The notes: generated from the sequence alone by a model not told the origin. A DNA stretch of 26,557 nucleotides from a bacterium (GCA_043800755.1 JAZDMQ010000145.1:1-26557); one strand, 5' to 3'. Positions 7,711 through 16,635 are shown, counted from the stretch's first letter. Translations and numbers: made by a program.

Positions 7711-10700
7711 CTATTCTTCATTCTTGCCACGACCAGAGAGTTTTCCGACGACGTAAAACATCACCGGGATGAGGAAGATGGCGATCAGCGATGCAGCAGC
7801 GGTGCCGCCCATGACGGCCGTGCCCATAATCTGTCGCGCCACAGCCCCCGCCCCCGTAGAAAAGGCAAGGGGCATCACCCCAAAGATGAAGGCAAACGAG
7901 GTCATGAGGATGGGCCTTAGACGCAAACGGGCCCCTTCCAGGGCGGCATCAGTAAGGGACTTCCCCAACTCGTGCCGCTTCTTGGCAAACTCGACGATCA
8001 GAATGGCATTCTTCGCGGATAAACCGATGAGCACGATGAGGCCGATTTGGGCATAGACGTTGTTGGCCTGGCCGCGCAGCCAGATCGCGGCCAAGGCCCC
8101 AAAGACGGCGACGGGGGTTACGAGCAAAACGCTAAGGGGCAGCGACCAACTCTCATACAGGGCAGCCAAGATGAGGAAGACACAGAGCAGGGAGAACCCG
8201 AAGATGACCCACGCCGATATCCCTTCCTGAGCCTTTTTCTCCTGGAAACTCATGCCGAGGTAGTCGTAACCCATCTCTCTTGGCATCGTCTGGGCAAAGA
8301 CCTCTTCCAGGGCCTTCATGGCCTGCGCAGAGCTGAAGCCGGGCTTGGCCATGGCATTGATCTGAGCGCACCGATAAAGATTGTATCGCATCGTAAATTC
8401 AGGCCCGACACGGGACTCAATGCTGGTCACCGATGAGAGTGGTACCGGATTTCCCCTATCATTGCGCACATAGAACTGCCCCACATTCTCCGCCTTGGTG
8501 CGGAATTCTCCCTCCGCCTGAACATAGACCTGCCACTGCCGACCGAAGCGATTGAAGTAATTGACGAAGGTTCCCCCCATGAAGGCTTGAAGGGTTTGAT
8601 AGACCTGCGCGAGATCGATGCCTTGCTTGAGCACTTTGTCCCGATCTACGTTGACGTAAACTTGGGGCACGGAGGGGAGAAAGGTGGTCGTAACGCGAGC
8701 AAGCTCAGGTCGATTGCGCGCCGCTTCGATGAACTTGTTGACATTCTGCGCGAGGTAGGGAATGTCCTTGCCCGCTCGATCCTCGAGGACCATCGTGACG
8801 CCTCCGGCCGTCCCGATGCCCGGAATGGCAGGGGGCGGAAAGCAAAAGGCGATGGCTTGTGGCAATTTGGCCAGCTCGCGATTCAGATGGGCCATGATGG
8901 CCTGGTATTTCTCCTCGGGCTTCTTCCGCTCTTTCCAGTGTTTCAAAGGCGCAAAATAAAACCCGTTGTACGTGTTTTGGGCAATGCTCAGCAAACTGAT
9001 GCCAACGACCGTCAGGTAGTGTTCGACGCCGGGGGTGTTCTTGACGATCTCGTCAATCTTTCGGCAGACATCATCGGTGCGCTGCAGTGAGGCGGCATCG
9101 GGCAAGGAGACATTCACGAACAGGTAGCCCTGGTCTTCTTCCGGCAAGAACTCCTTGGGGATTCCTTTGCCGATCACTCCCGCAAGGATTGCGATTCCCA
9201 CCAGGAATAAGAGGCTCAAGACGCTTTTGCGAATCAGGGTACCACACAGGCCAATATAGCCGTTAGAGGCCCTCTTGAAGAGACGGTTGAAGACCCTGAA
9301 AAAGGGAGCCAGCGGTCCACGTGCTTCCTGTCTGGGCTTGAGGAGGAGGGCACAAAGGGCCGGACTGAGGCTGAGGGCGTTGAAGGCTGAGATAAGGACC
9401 GAGATGGCTACCGTCACGGCAAATTGCTGGTAGAGCCTGCCGGTGATACCCGGAACGAAGATGGTGGGGACAAAGACGGCGGAGAGGATCAAGGCAATGG
9501 CCATCACCGGCCCGGAAACTTCTCTCATTGCCTGAAGCGACGCCTCCCTCGGGGACATGCCCTCCTCGATATGGCGTTCGACCGCCTCCACCACCACGAT
9601 GGCATCGTCGACGACCAGGCCTATGGCCAGAACCAGCCCGAAGAGGGACAGGGTATTGATCGAAAATCCGAGAAGGGGGAAAACAGCAAAAGTGCCGATG
9701 AGGGAGACGGGGACTGCCAGGGCGGGGATGAGGGTTGCCCTCCAGCTCTGCAAAAAGAGGAATACCACCAGGATCACGAGGAGCAAGGCCTGCAAGAGCG
9801 TCTTGGTGATCTCGTTGATCCCCTCCGTGACGCTCCGAGTCGTGTCGAGGACATCTCCGTAGTCGATATCGGCTGGGAATCGCTTCTTGGCCTCCTCCAT
9901 CACTTTCCTGGCGGCTTTGGCGGTGGCAATGGCATTGGAGCCCGGCAACTGGTAGATCGCTATCCCTGCAGCAGGTTGGCTGTCCAGCCGATCCCTGATG
10001 CTGTAGGCCTGCGCCCCCAACTCGATCCGGGCCACGTCCCTCAGGCGAACGATCGATCCGTCGGGTTGGGCACGAACAACGATTTGGCCAAACTCCTCAT
10101 CCGTGGTGAGGCGGCCTTGGGTGCGGACCGTGTAGGTGAATTCCTGCCCCGGGGGGGCCGGTTCTCCACTGAGCTGTCCGGCCGGATTGACCGCATTTTG
10201 CTTCTGGACGGCACTGATGATTTCGGCGATGGTGATGCCGAGCTTGGCCAGCGTATCGGGCCTCACCCAGATCCGCATCGCATATTGGCCCGCACCAAAC
10301 ACATTCACCATGGCAATTCCGGGCACGCGCAGAAGGGGGTCTATGAGGTTGATGATGGCATAGTTGGAGAGAAACTCGCCATCGTAGGTCCCATGAGGTG
10401 AGGTGAGGGCAAATAGCATCAATATGGAGGAGCGAGATTTCTGGATGGTGAAACCATAATTGCGGACATCCAGAGGAAACTGGGATTGGGCCTGATTCTG
10501 TCTGATCACGGTGAGGACATGGTCCGTGTTCGGATTGCTTTTCACGTCGAAGTTGACGAACATCCTCATCACGCCATTATTGGCGTTTATGGAATACATG
10601 TAGTTCATATTATCCACGCCGCTCATTTGCTGCTCCAGTGGGATGGCGACGGCCTGCTCCACCGTTTCTGCGTCCGCACCGACATAGGCAGTCTGGAGCT

Positions 10701-10830
10701 GGATCTCCGGGGGAATGATCTCCGGAAACTGAGCCACCGGCAACCCCACCATGGCCACGAGGCCCAAGATGACGAAGATGATGGAGATGACCATGGCCAC
10801 GATGGGACGATCGATAAAGAACCTTGACAT
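7711..10830 (-). CDS. multidrug efflux RND transporter permease, HAE1 (AcrB/MexB/BepE-like)
   Basis: MSRFFIDRPIVAMV, QFPEIIPP, GLVLAIGLVVDDAIVVVEAVER, GLSAKNAILIVEFA, RLRLRPILMTSFAFIFG. 1039 aa. Confidence 0.95.
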   Translation of the reverse strand: MSRFFIDRPIVAMVISIIFVILGLVAMVGLPVAQFPEIIPPEIQLQTAYVGADAETVEQAVAIPLEQQMSGVDNMNYMYSINANNGVMRMFVNFDVKSNPNTDHVLTVIRQNQAQSQFPLDVRNYGFTIQKSRSSILMLFALTSPHGTYDGEFLSNYAIINLIDPLLRVPGIAMVNVFGAGQYAMRIWVRPDTLAKLGITIAEIISAVQKQNAVNPAGQLSGEPAPPGQEFTYTVRTQGRLTTDEEFGQIVVRAQPDGSIVRLRDVARIELGAQAYSIRDRLDSQPAAGIAIYQLPGSNAIATAKAARKVMEEAKKRFPADIDYGDVLDTTRSVTEGINEITKTLLQALLLVILVVFLFLQSWRATLIPALAVPVSLIGTFAVFPLLGFSINTLSLFGLVLAIGLVVDDAIVVVEAVERHIEEGMSPREASLQAMREVSGPVMAIALILSAVFVPTIFVPGITGRLYQQFAVTVAISVLISAFNALSLSPALCALLLKPRQEARGPLAPFFRVFNRLFKRASNGYIGLCGTLIRKSVLSLLFLVGIAILAGVIGKGIPKEFLPEEDQGYLFVNVSLPDAASLQRTDDVCRKIDEIVKNTPGVEHYLTVVGISLLSIAQNTYNGFYFAPLKHWKERKKPEEKYQAIMAHLNRELAKLPQAIAFCFPPPAIPGIGTAGGVTMVLEDRAGKDIPYLAQNVNKFIEAARNRPELARVTTTFLPSVPQVYVNVDRDKVLKQGIDLAQVYQTLQAFMGGTFVNYFNRFGRQWQVYVQAEGEFRTKAENVGQFYVRNDRGNPVPLSSVTSIESRVGPEFTMRYNLYRCAQINAMAKPGFSSAQAMKALEEVFAQTMPREMGYDYLGMSFQEKKAQEGISAWVIFGFSLLCVFLILAALYESWSLPLSVLLVTPVAVFGALAAIWLRGQANNVYAQIGLIVLIGLSAKNAILIVEFAKKRHELGKSLTDAALEGARLRLRPILMTSFAFIFGVMPLAFSTGAGAVARQIMGTAVMGGTAAASLIAIFLIPVMFYVVGKLSGRGKNEE

Positions 10831-10917
10831 GGCAGCTTACCTTTTCTCCGTTTTTGCTGGCGCTGCGGGGTTTTCTTCCGGCTCAGGCTTTGCAGGCACC
10901 TCTGGCTTAGCCTGGGG

Positions 10918-12213
10918 CTAAATCTCCGGCTTGGCGCCACCTTCGGCACCAAAGGGCCTTGGATTGACCGTCATCCCCTGTCTGGCCTTCTGGACCCCTT
11001 CCACTACGACCCTCTCCCCTGGCTTCAGCCCCTCCTCGATCACCCAGAGAGTATCGACGCGCTCGGCCACTTTCACCGGCCGTATGTCGACCTTGTTGTC
11101 CGAGCCCACCACTGCCACCTGGTAGCTTCCTTGGAGCTCCATGACCGCCCGCTGGGGCGCCAGCAGTGCCCCTTTCTTGATCCTGGTCTGGGCACGGACC
11201 CGGGCGAATTGTCCGGGCCGGAGGAGATTTCCCGGGTTGGGGAAGAGGGCGGCAACCTTGATCGTGCCGGTCCTTACATCCACCTCGCGGTCTGCAAAGG
11301 CAAACGCTCCCTGGTGAGGGTGGACGCTCCCATCAGCAAGGATCAGCTCGAGCACCTGCTGAGTGCGCACCCCACCGTTCTGCGCGTCCCTCAGGTACTC
11401 CTGCTCGCTCATGGGGACGTAGGCTTTGATGGGATTCACGTTGGAAACGGTTGTCAGTTCCTCCACGGATCCAGGGCCGACAAGGTTGCCGATCTGCGCT
11501 TTGGCGATGCCCGCGATGCCGTCGACGGGCGACATGATTCTCGTGAAACCCAAGTTGAGCCGGGCTCTCTCCAATGCGGCCTGGGCCCCACTGACCGAGG
11601 CCTGGACCGCAGAAATCGAGGCCTGGGCTGCACTGGCGGCGGCCTGGGCTGCACTTACCGAGGCCCCAGCCGACTGCTCCGCGCCGACGGCGTCATCCAG
11701 GTCTTTCTGGCTCACGAGCTCCTGTTCGACGAGGTCCTTGATTCGCCTCAGGTTGGCCTTGGCGGTGGCATACTGTGCTTCCATCCGGGCCACGTCGGCC
11801 TTGGTCTGATCCAAGGTGGCCTTAGCCCTATTCATAGAAGCCTTTGCCTGGTCCCACTCGGCCTTTGCCTGATCCAGTGCCGCCTGAAAGGGCCGAGGGT
11901 CGATCTCGAAGAGAATTTGCCCCTTCCTGACAAGATCTCCTTCCCGGTAAAGCTGCTTGATCAGATACCCTTGGGCCTGGGCGCGAATCACAGCGTTAAT
12001 CGAGCCATCCGTTGAGCCGATCCATTCAGAATAGACCGGAACATCCTTCTGAATCACCTCCATCACCTCGACGGTGGGGGCGGACGGTGCTTGTTGCCCT
12101 TGTCCCTTTTCGCATCCAGACAGAAGAAAGAGCGTTGAACCAAAGACCATGCTCATGAGAGCGCCCATAAAACAGAACCGTGGTCTCCTATTTTTCCATG
12201 CGTTCCATGCCAT
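10918..12213 (-). CDS. RND efflux periplasmic adaptor (MFP) lipoprotein
   Basis: GGAGGAGG before ATG 12213 (MAWNAW). Lipobox LLSGC, EGDLVRKGQILFEIDPRPF, LNLGFTRIMSPVDG, FPNPGNLLRPGQF, GLKPGERVVVEG. The frame continues past the TAG to TAA 10837-10839 (see findings). Confidence 0.92.
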   Translation of the reverse strand: MAWNAWKNRRPRFCFMGALMSMVFGSTLFLLSGCEKGQGQQAPSAPTVEVMEVIQKDVPVYSEWIGSTDGSINAVIRAQAQGYLIKQLYREGDLVRKGQILFEIDPRPFQAALDQAKAEWDQAKASMNRAKATLDQTKADVARMEAQYATAKANLRRIKDLVEQELVSQKDLDDAVGAEQSAGASVSAAQAAASAAQASISAVQASVSGAQAALERARLNLGFTRIMSPVDGIAGIAKAQIGNLVGPGSVEELTTVSNVNPIKAYVPMSEQEYLRDAQNGGVRTQQVLELILADGSVHPHQGAFAFADREVDVRTGTIKVAALFPNPGNLLRPGQFARVRAQTRIKKGALLAPQRAVMELQGSYQVAVVGSDNKVDIRPVKVAERVDTLWVIEEGLKPGERVVVEGVQKARQGMTVNPRPFGAEGGAKPEI

Positions 12214-12306
12214 TCCAACCTCCTCCTTGTTCCTGTCTGCGTGCTTTCTCTTGGTGATGCGGAAACCCCTATCTGCCACCAACAAGGATATTGGGCCTCT
12301 ACCCCA

Positions 12307-12855
12307 TTATTGGATTTCTTCGCCGGCGAGCCTGAGCATCTCCTCGATCACTTGTTTCCGTTTTTTGTATTTGAACGGAGATAGAGACAGAATTTCCATT
12401 AACCGAAGGCCATGTGCTGCCAGGACTACGACGGCTGCCCGCTCAAACCTGACCCCGGACGGGGCAAGCTCAGTCAGGGCTTTTCTGTAATCGTTGCGTA
12501 ACGGTTCCAGCAACCTGGGATTATATGCGGCGGAGGCGAGGAGGCCGGCACTAATGCGCTCAGATTTGCGGTCGCGAGCCAGCATTGAAAGGATGTAAGC
12601 CTTAATCTCGCGTGCGGGCCCATCTGGGAGTTCTGCACGTTTCTCTTTTCGTACTTCCTCGAGACGTTGAACGCGTCGATTCAGCATTGCTTTAAGTAGT
12701 GCTTCCTTAGTGGGAAAGTGGTAGAGTAGATCGCCTTTACTTACGCCTGCTTTCGCAGCTACGGCGTCAAGGGTCATGTGGGCGGCGCCGACCTCGAGCA
12801 CCACAGCCTGTGCAGCATCGACAATGGCATCATGGGAACGTCGTAGTGGACTCAT
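12307..12855 (-). CDS. TetR/AcrR family transcriptional regulator
   Basis: HTH MTLDAVAAKAGVSKGDLLYHFPTKEALL. AAGGAG upstream of ATG 12855. First gene of the efflux operon. Confidence 0.92.
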   Translation of the reverse strand: MSPLRRSHDAIVDAAQAVVLEVGAAHMTLDAVAAKAGVSKGDLLYHFPTKEALLKAMLNRRVQRLEEVRKEKRAELPDGPAREIKAYILSMLARDRKSERISAGLLASAAYNPRLLEPLRNDYRKALTELAPSGVRFERAAVVVLAAHGLRLMEILSLSPFKYKKRKQVIEEMLRLAGEEIQ

Positions 12856-12883
12856 GGAACACACTCCTTAACGAATCCTCATT

Positions 12884-12903
12884 TATACCGTCTGGACGGT
12901 ATA
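12884..12903. promoter_or_regulatory. putative TetR operator (perfect 9-2-9 palindrome)
   Basis: TATACCGTC-TG-GACGGTATA about 30 bp upstream of the tetR start, abutting an AT-rich promoter-like region (TATTAT on the minus strand). Confidence 0.8.
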
Positions 12904-12991
12904 CTAATAATACCTTAAGCTAATTTTCTCAAGAGTTTTTTATTTGCCCAGCCCGGAGCAAGCCAGGGGGCCATCCATTAAGAGGCACCAG

Positions 12992-13119
12992 GGGGTCAGG
13001 TTTTTGCTCTTGATATCTGCTCCCCTCGGCCGCTACTCCCCCATCAGCCGACCCAATGAGAAAGAGAGCAAAAGTCAATAAAACAAAGCTTGACTCTCGC
13101 TCAGCCCAAGTCTGACCCC
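12992..13119. mobile_element. candidate degenerate non-autonomous element with GGGGTCAG...CTGACCCC terminal inverted repeats
   Basis: GGGGTCAG at 12992-12999 and its exact reverse complement CTGACCCC at 13112-13119. An internal degenerate end-like stretch (gtcaataaaacaaagcttgactc) mirrors the left end. No transposase in the window. Confidence 0.4.
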
Positions 13120-13142
13120 AATTGGCCCTGTAGTCAATCATT

Positions 13143-13168
13143 GCAGGTGTTAGAAGCAGGTGTTGGAA
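13143..13168. repeat. 13-bp tandem direct repeat
   Basis: GCAGGTGTTAGAA followed by GCAGGTGTTGGAA (1 mismatch). Confidence 0.7.
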
Positions 13169-13230
13169 GAATGTGTGGATTACAGTTAGTATCCGATAGA
13201 AAGTCTTTCCTCCATTTCGATGAATAGAAT

Positions 13231-13259
13231 TAGCATTGTCTTTCTTTTCGTGATATAGT
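13231..13259 (+). promoter_or_regulatory. putative extended -10 sigma70 promoter for the small basic protein
   Basis: TAGCAT, 17 bp spacer, TATAGT, with TG one base upstream of the -10 (TGaTATAGT). Lies about 20 bp before ATG 13281. Confidence 0.5.
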
Positions 13260-13280
13260 TTTTCTCGGAAGAAGGAGGGT

Positions 13281-13448
13281 ATGTTGCCAAAACGAGCTGG
13301 AGTTTATAAAGGTGAAAAGCGGCGGAAGGAATTGTCCCGCCAGAAAAAACAGGAAGAGAGAAGACAGCGACGATTTCACAAAGGAGATCGTACCTCTTCA
13401 GACGCCGAGAAGGTCGGGCAGGAAGAGACAAAGCCAGCCATTCCTTAA
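13281..13448 (+). CDS. small basic, charged helical protein (55 aa; hypothetical)
   Basis: AAGGAGG at 13272-13278, then ATG/TTG. MLPKRAGVYKGEKRRKELSRQKKQEERRQRRFHKGDRTSSDAEKVGQEETKPAIP*. Below the length cut-off of the ORF track. Confidence 0.75.
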   Translation: MLPKRAGVYKGEKRRKELSRQKKQEERRQRRFHKGDRTSSDAEKVGQEETKPAIP

Positions 13449-13558
13449 CTCGACACGCCTTTCCGGGGGAAGAGTCTCTCTATCCTCCTTTACCACCTGA
13501 TCCCCACTGATCCGCCTGCTATTGAGTCGCTTCCCGCCTTCCCTCGGCGAGTTTTCCA

Positions 13559-13586
13559 TTGACTCTCCTGCGGATGCTGGTATAGA
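13559..13586 (+). promoter_or_regulatory. putative sigma70 promoter for the UroD-like gene
   Basis: TTGACT, 16 bp spacer, TATAGA with an extended -10 TG. Confidence 0.45.
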
Positions 13587-13702
13587 ACCATCCGGGGGTC
13601 AAAAGAGGGGTCGCAGCCTAAGCGGATCCCGGCCACCGCCCCAACCCAAAAGCAAATCCCTATCATCCCATCTGTAAGTTTGCAGGAGAGGAGGTCTATA
13701 CC

Positions 13703-14845
13703 TTGTCCGAGATGACCCGTCGTGAAAGGATCATGGCATCTGCTCTCAGGCAGCGAGCCGATAGGCTACCATTTTACCACTATTGGAGACATTGTCAGAC
13801 CGGTTGGGCGGAGCGGGAATGCCGGAACCGAGGGATGGGCATGAATTGGCTTCGACCACCCTATGTCACGCGGTTGCACGGGGTAAATATCACCGAGACC
13901 CCTGCTATTTTGGAGGGGAGAGCCGTCATCCGCCGCACTTTCTCGACCCCTGTAGGATCCGTCTACGAGGAAGAGTGGCGCGAGCCAGGTGTGGGATTGT
14001 GGCACGCCAACCGCAGCTGGCGAGGTGTGACGCCATGGCTGACCTCCCACTTGATCAAGGAACCTGAGGACTATAAGGTCGTCCAGTACATCGTAGAGAA
14101 CACGGAGTATCTGGTCGACTACTTCCCGATCGAGCAGGCTATGGACTGGATCGGGGACGAAGGGGTGGTGCTGGATAACCTCCCGCACTCCCCTTTACAG
14201 ATGATGCTGATCTACTGGGTGGGCAGCGAGGGCGGGCGGTTTTTCTTCCACCTGGCCGATTACCCTGACCTGGTCGAGGACCTGCTCCGCGCCGTGTCCA
14301 AGAGTCGCGAGCCCATGCACGACATAGCCGCCAAGTCGCCGGCACCCATCTCCATGTGCGGGGACAACATCGACGGGGCCCTCATTGGCCCACGACTCTT
14401 CGAGAAGTACTTCATGCCCGAGTACGAGAAGCAGGCGAAGGTATTGCACCAGCACGGCAAGCTCATGGCCGTTCATATGGATGGCAGACTGGCCGTCCTG
14501 AAAAACCTGATCCCCAGGACTCCCATAGATATCATCGAGGGATTCCATCCGCTGCCGATGGGCGACCTCCCGCTCGGTGAGGCCCTCTCCCTGTGGAAAG
14601 ACAAGGCCATCTGGATTGGCTTTCCTGACTCCGAGTACCAGCTGGGGCCGCAGGCGACGAGAGGACGCGCCTTGAGTCTTCTCCAGGAAGCCGTGCCTGG
14701 TGACAGGATTGCGGTAGCGATGTCCACGGAGAACCCTGTCTCAAACGAGAACCTCATCACACTGACCTCCGTCCTCGAAAAGGCCCTCCTGCCACTCACA
14801 TCGGAACAGATCGATGAAATAGTGAAGGAGACATCCCGAGCATAA
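13703..14845 (+). CDS. uroporphyrinogen decarboxylase / MtaA-CmuA-like (URO-D/CIMS fold) protein
   Basis: GAGGAGG then TTG. MTRRERIMA.ALR..ADRLP, TPVG, LIKEPEDY, HSPLQ, GDNIDG..IGPRLFEKY..P.Y, VHMDG.L, DIIEGF.P.P.GD, KAIWIGFP. Confidence 0.75.
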   Translation: MSEMTRRERIMASALRQRADRLPFYHYWRHCQTGWAERECRNRGMGMNWLRPPYVTRLHGVNITETPAILEGRAVIRRTFSTPVGSVYEEEWREPGVGLWHANRSWRGVTPWLTSHLIKEPEDYKVVQYIVENTEYLVDYFPIEQAMDWIGDEGVVLDNLPHSPLQMMLIYWVGSEGGRFFFHLADYPDLVEDLLRAVSKSREPMHDIAAKSPAPISMCGDNIDGALIGPRLFEKYFMPEYEKQAKVLHQHGKLMAVHMDGRLAVLKNLIPRTPIDIIEGFHPLPMGDLPLGEALSLWKDKAIWIGFPDSEYQLGPQATRGRALSLLQEAVPGDRIAVAMSTENPVSNENLITLTSVLEKALLPLTSEQIDEIVKETSRA

Positions 14846-15001
14846 CTCCCCACGAAGAATTACAGTGGAAGTTAGAGATCGGGCAAAGGAGATGGAAGAG
14901 AAGAGGGGAGCCTTCAAGAGGCGCTTTGAAGAGGATAATATGTTTCGTGGGACAGAAGAAGCGTTTTCCCTGGATATGAATCTGGAATAGCGGAGTTAAA
15001 G

Positions 15002-16003
15002 ATGGATAGGCCGCTCATCGCAGTGACTATGGGTGATCCAGCAGGGATCGGGCCGGAGATCGTTCTCAAGGCCTTGAAGGATCAGGAGGTGATGGCGGCA
15101 TCCCGGCCCCTGGTAATCGGCGACGGGCGGGTGCTGGAGCAGGCCCTCAAGTTTTGCAGCCTGCAGGCGGACATCCGGGTCGTCACCGGGCCGGAAGAGG
15201 GAGGGTATAGGCCTGGAACGGTGGACCTTCTCGATCTGGGAAATGTGGACATGAATTCCCTGAAGATGGGCCTCGTGCAAGGGATGTGTGGGCGGGCGGC
15301 CTATGAGTACATTGAAAAGGCCGCGGAGCTTGCCTCCTCCAGGCGGGTTGAAGCCATTGTCACGGCCCCCATCAACAAGGAGGCCCTCCGGGCGGCCAGG
15401 GTGGATTTCATCGGCCACACGGAGATACTCGCCGCCCTCACCCGAGTCCGCGATCCCCTGACCATGTTCCAGGTGCAGGCTCTGAGGGTCTTCTTCCTCT
15501 CCAGGCATGTCTCCCTCCGCAAGGCCTGCGAAATAGCCACGAGGGAGCGGGTGCTCGCTTACATCCAACGTTGCTCAAAGGCCTTGTATCAACTCGGGGT
15601 GGCTGAGGGAACCCTGGCGGTGGCCGGGCTTAACCCGCACGGCGGCGAACACGGCCTCTTCGGAGAGGAAGAGGTCAACCAGATCGAGCCGGCGATACGG
15701 GAGGCCCAGCGTCTGGGCTACCGGGTGGTGGGACCGGTCCCCGCGGACTCGGTCTTCCACCAAGCCCTCCAGGGCCAATACAGCGCGGTCCTCTCCCTCT
15801 ATCACGACCAAGGCCACATTGCCACCAAGATGGTCGCCTTTGAGGAGACCGTATCCCTCACCCTGGGGCTGCCTTTCCTGCGGACCTCGGTGGACCACGG
15901 CACCGCCTTTGATATCGCGGGGACAGGGAGGGCCAGTGCCGTCAGCATGAAGGAGGCGATCCTGCTGGCGGCCGACTATGTCCGCGGTCCCATGGGTGGT
16001 TAG
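15002..16003 (+). CDS. pdxA: 4-hydroxythreonine-4-phosphate dehydrogenase family (PdxA, possibly catabolic PdxA2 type)
   Basis: [79 protein letters not shown]. Confidence 0.95.
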   Translation: MDRPLIAVTMGDPAGIGPEIVLKALKDQEVMAASRPLVIGDGRVLEQALKFCSLQADIRVVTGPEEGGYRPGTVDLLDLGNVDMNSLKMGLVQGMCGRAAYEYIEKAAELASSRRVEAIVTAPINKEALRAARVDFIGHTEILAALTRVRDPLTMFQVQALRVFFLSRHVSLRKACEIATRERVLAYIQRCSKALYQLGVAEGTLAVAGLNPHGGEHGLFGEEEVNQIEPAIREAQRLGYRVVGPVPADSVFHQALQGQYSAVLSLYHDQGHIATKMVAFEETVSLTLGLPFLRTSVDHGTAFDIAGTGRASAVSMKEAILLAADYVRGPMGG

Positions 16004-16029
16004 CGAGCGGCACGGAAGAAGGACCGAGC

Positions 16030-16635
16030 TTAGAGCCTCTTCAACACCGCCTTCACCAGCTTCTCCACCGCGTCGCGAAGGGCCTTGGCATTCGGGGTGT
16101 TATCGGCGCTGCTCGAATCCCTGTTGAGGCTTCCCCATTCGGTGGAGACATCGGCCCCCACCGAGCGGTCCGTCTTGCTTCCGCTCACCCGGAAGCTCTC
16201 GATCAGCTTTTCCTCCTGCACCGAGACCAGATCTCCCTGGAGGGTAATGGTCGCCTTCACGGTGCGCAGCGAGGACCCGACCGACTGTTTGAGCACGCTG
16301 ATCCCTCCCAGGCCCGAGGAGCTGCTGGTGGCCTCGGCCTCCAGGATCGTGCCAATCATCACATACTCCACGCCATTTTTCCTTCCTATCTCCGCCGCCT
16401 TCTCCACATCGACCGTGGTCGGCTCATCCTCGCCCTTGGGCGCATACTGGATGAATTTGGGCGTGAGTTTCTTGTTCTTCAACAGCTCCGAGCGGATCAG
16501 CTTGGCCACCTGCTCGCCCAACTCGGCGCCCGCCCCAGAGGCATCCTCGAAGGGGAGCACCCCGATCTTCTGGGCCAGGGCCGCCCCTGGCAACAGCCAG
16601 AGGACCAGACAGAGCAGAGCACATAATCTTTTCAC
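16030..16635 (-). CDS. exported CsgG/HfaB-like (TolB-N-type alpha/beta fold) protein
   Basis: AGGGAGGG then GTG 16635. Signal peptide MKRLCALLCLVLWLLPGAALA. KIGVLPFED, AAEIGRKNGVEYVMIGTI, Gly/Ser-rich hairpins, KALRDAVEKLV. Confidence 0.65.
   Translation of the reverse strand: MKRLCALLCLVLWLLPGAALAQKIGVLPFEDASGAGAELGEQVAKLIRSELLKNKKLTPKFIQYAPKGEDEPTTVDVEKAAEIGRKNGVEYVMIGTILEAEATSSSSGLGGISVLKQSVGSSLRTVKATITLQGDLVSVQEEKLIESFRVSGSKTDRSVGADVSTEWGSLNRDSSSADNTPNAKALRDAVEKLVKAVLKRL

Noticed and set aside
12929..13141. 70-aa minus-strand ORF with a hydrophobic stretch
   Set aside because: No SD, no family, and it spans the inverted-repeat element.
14892..14990. 32-aa ORF MEEKRGAF... and an imperfect CTTCAA/TTGAAG hairpin between the UroD-like gene and pdxA
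   Set aside because: The SD-like AAGGAG abuts the ATG with no spacer, no recognisable content, and no U-tract after the hairpin.
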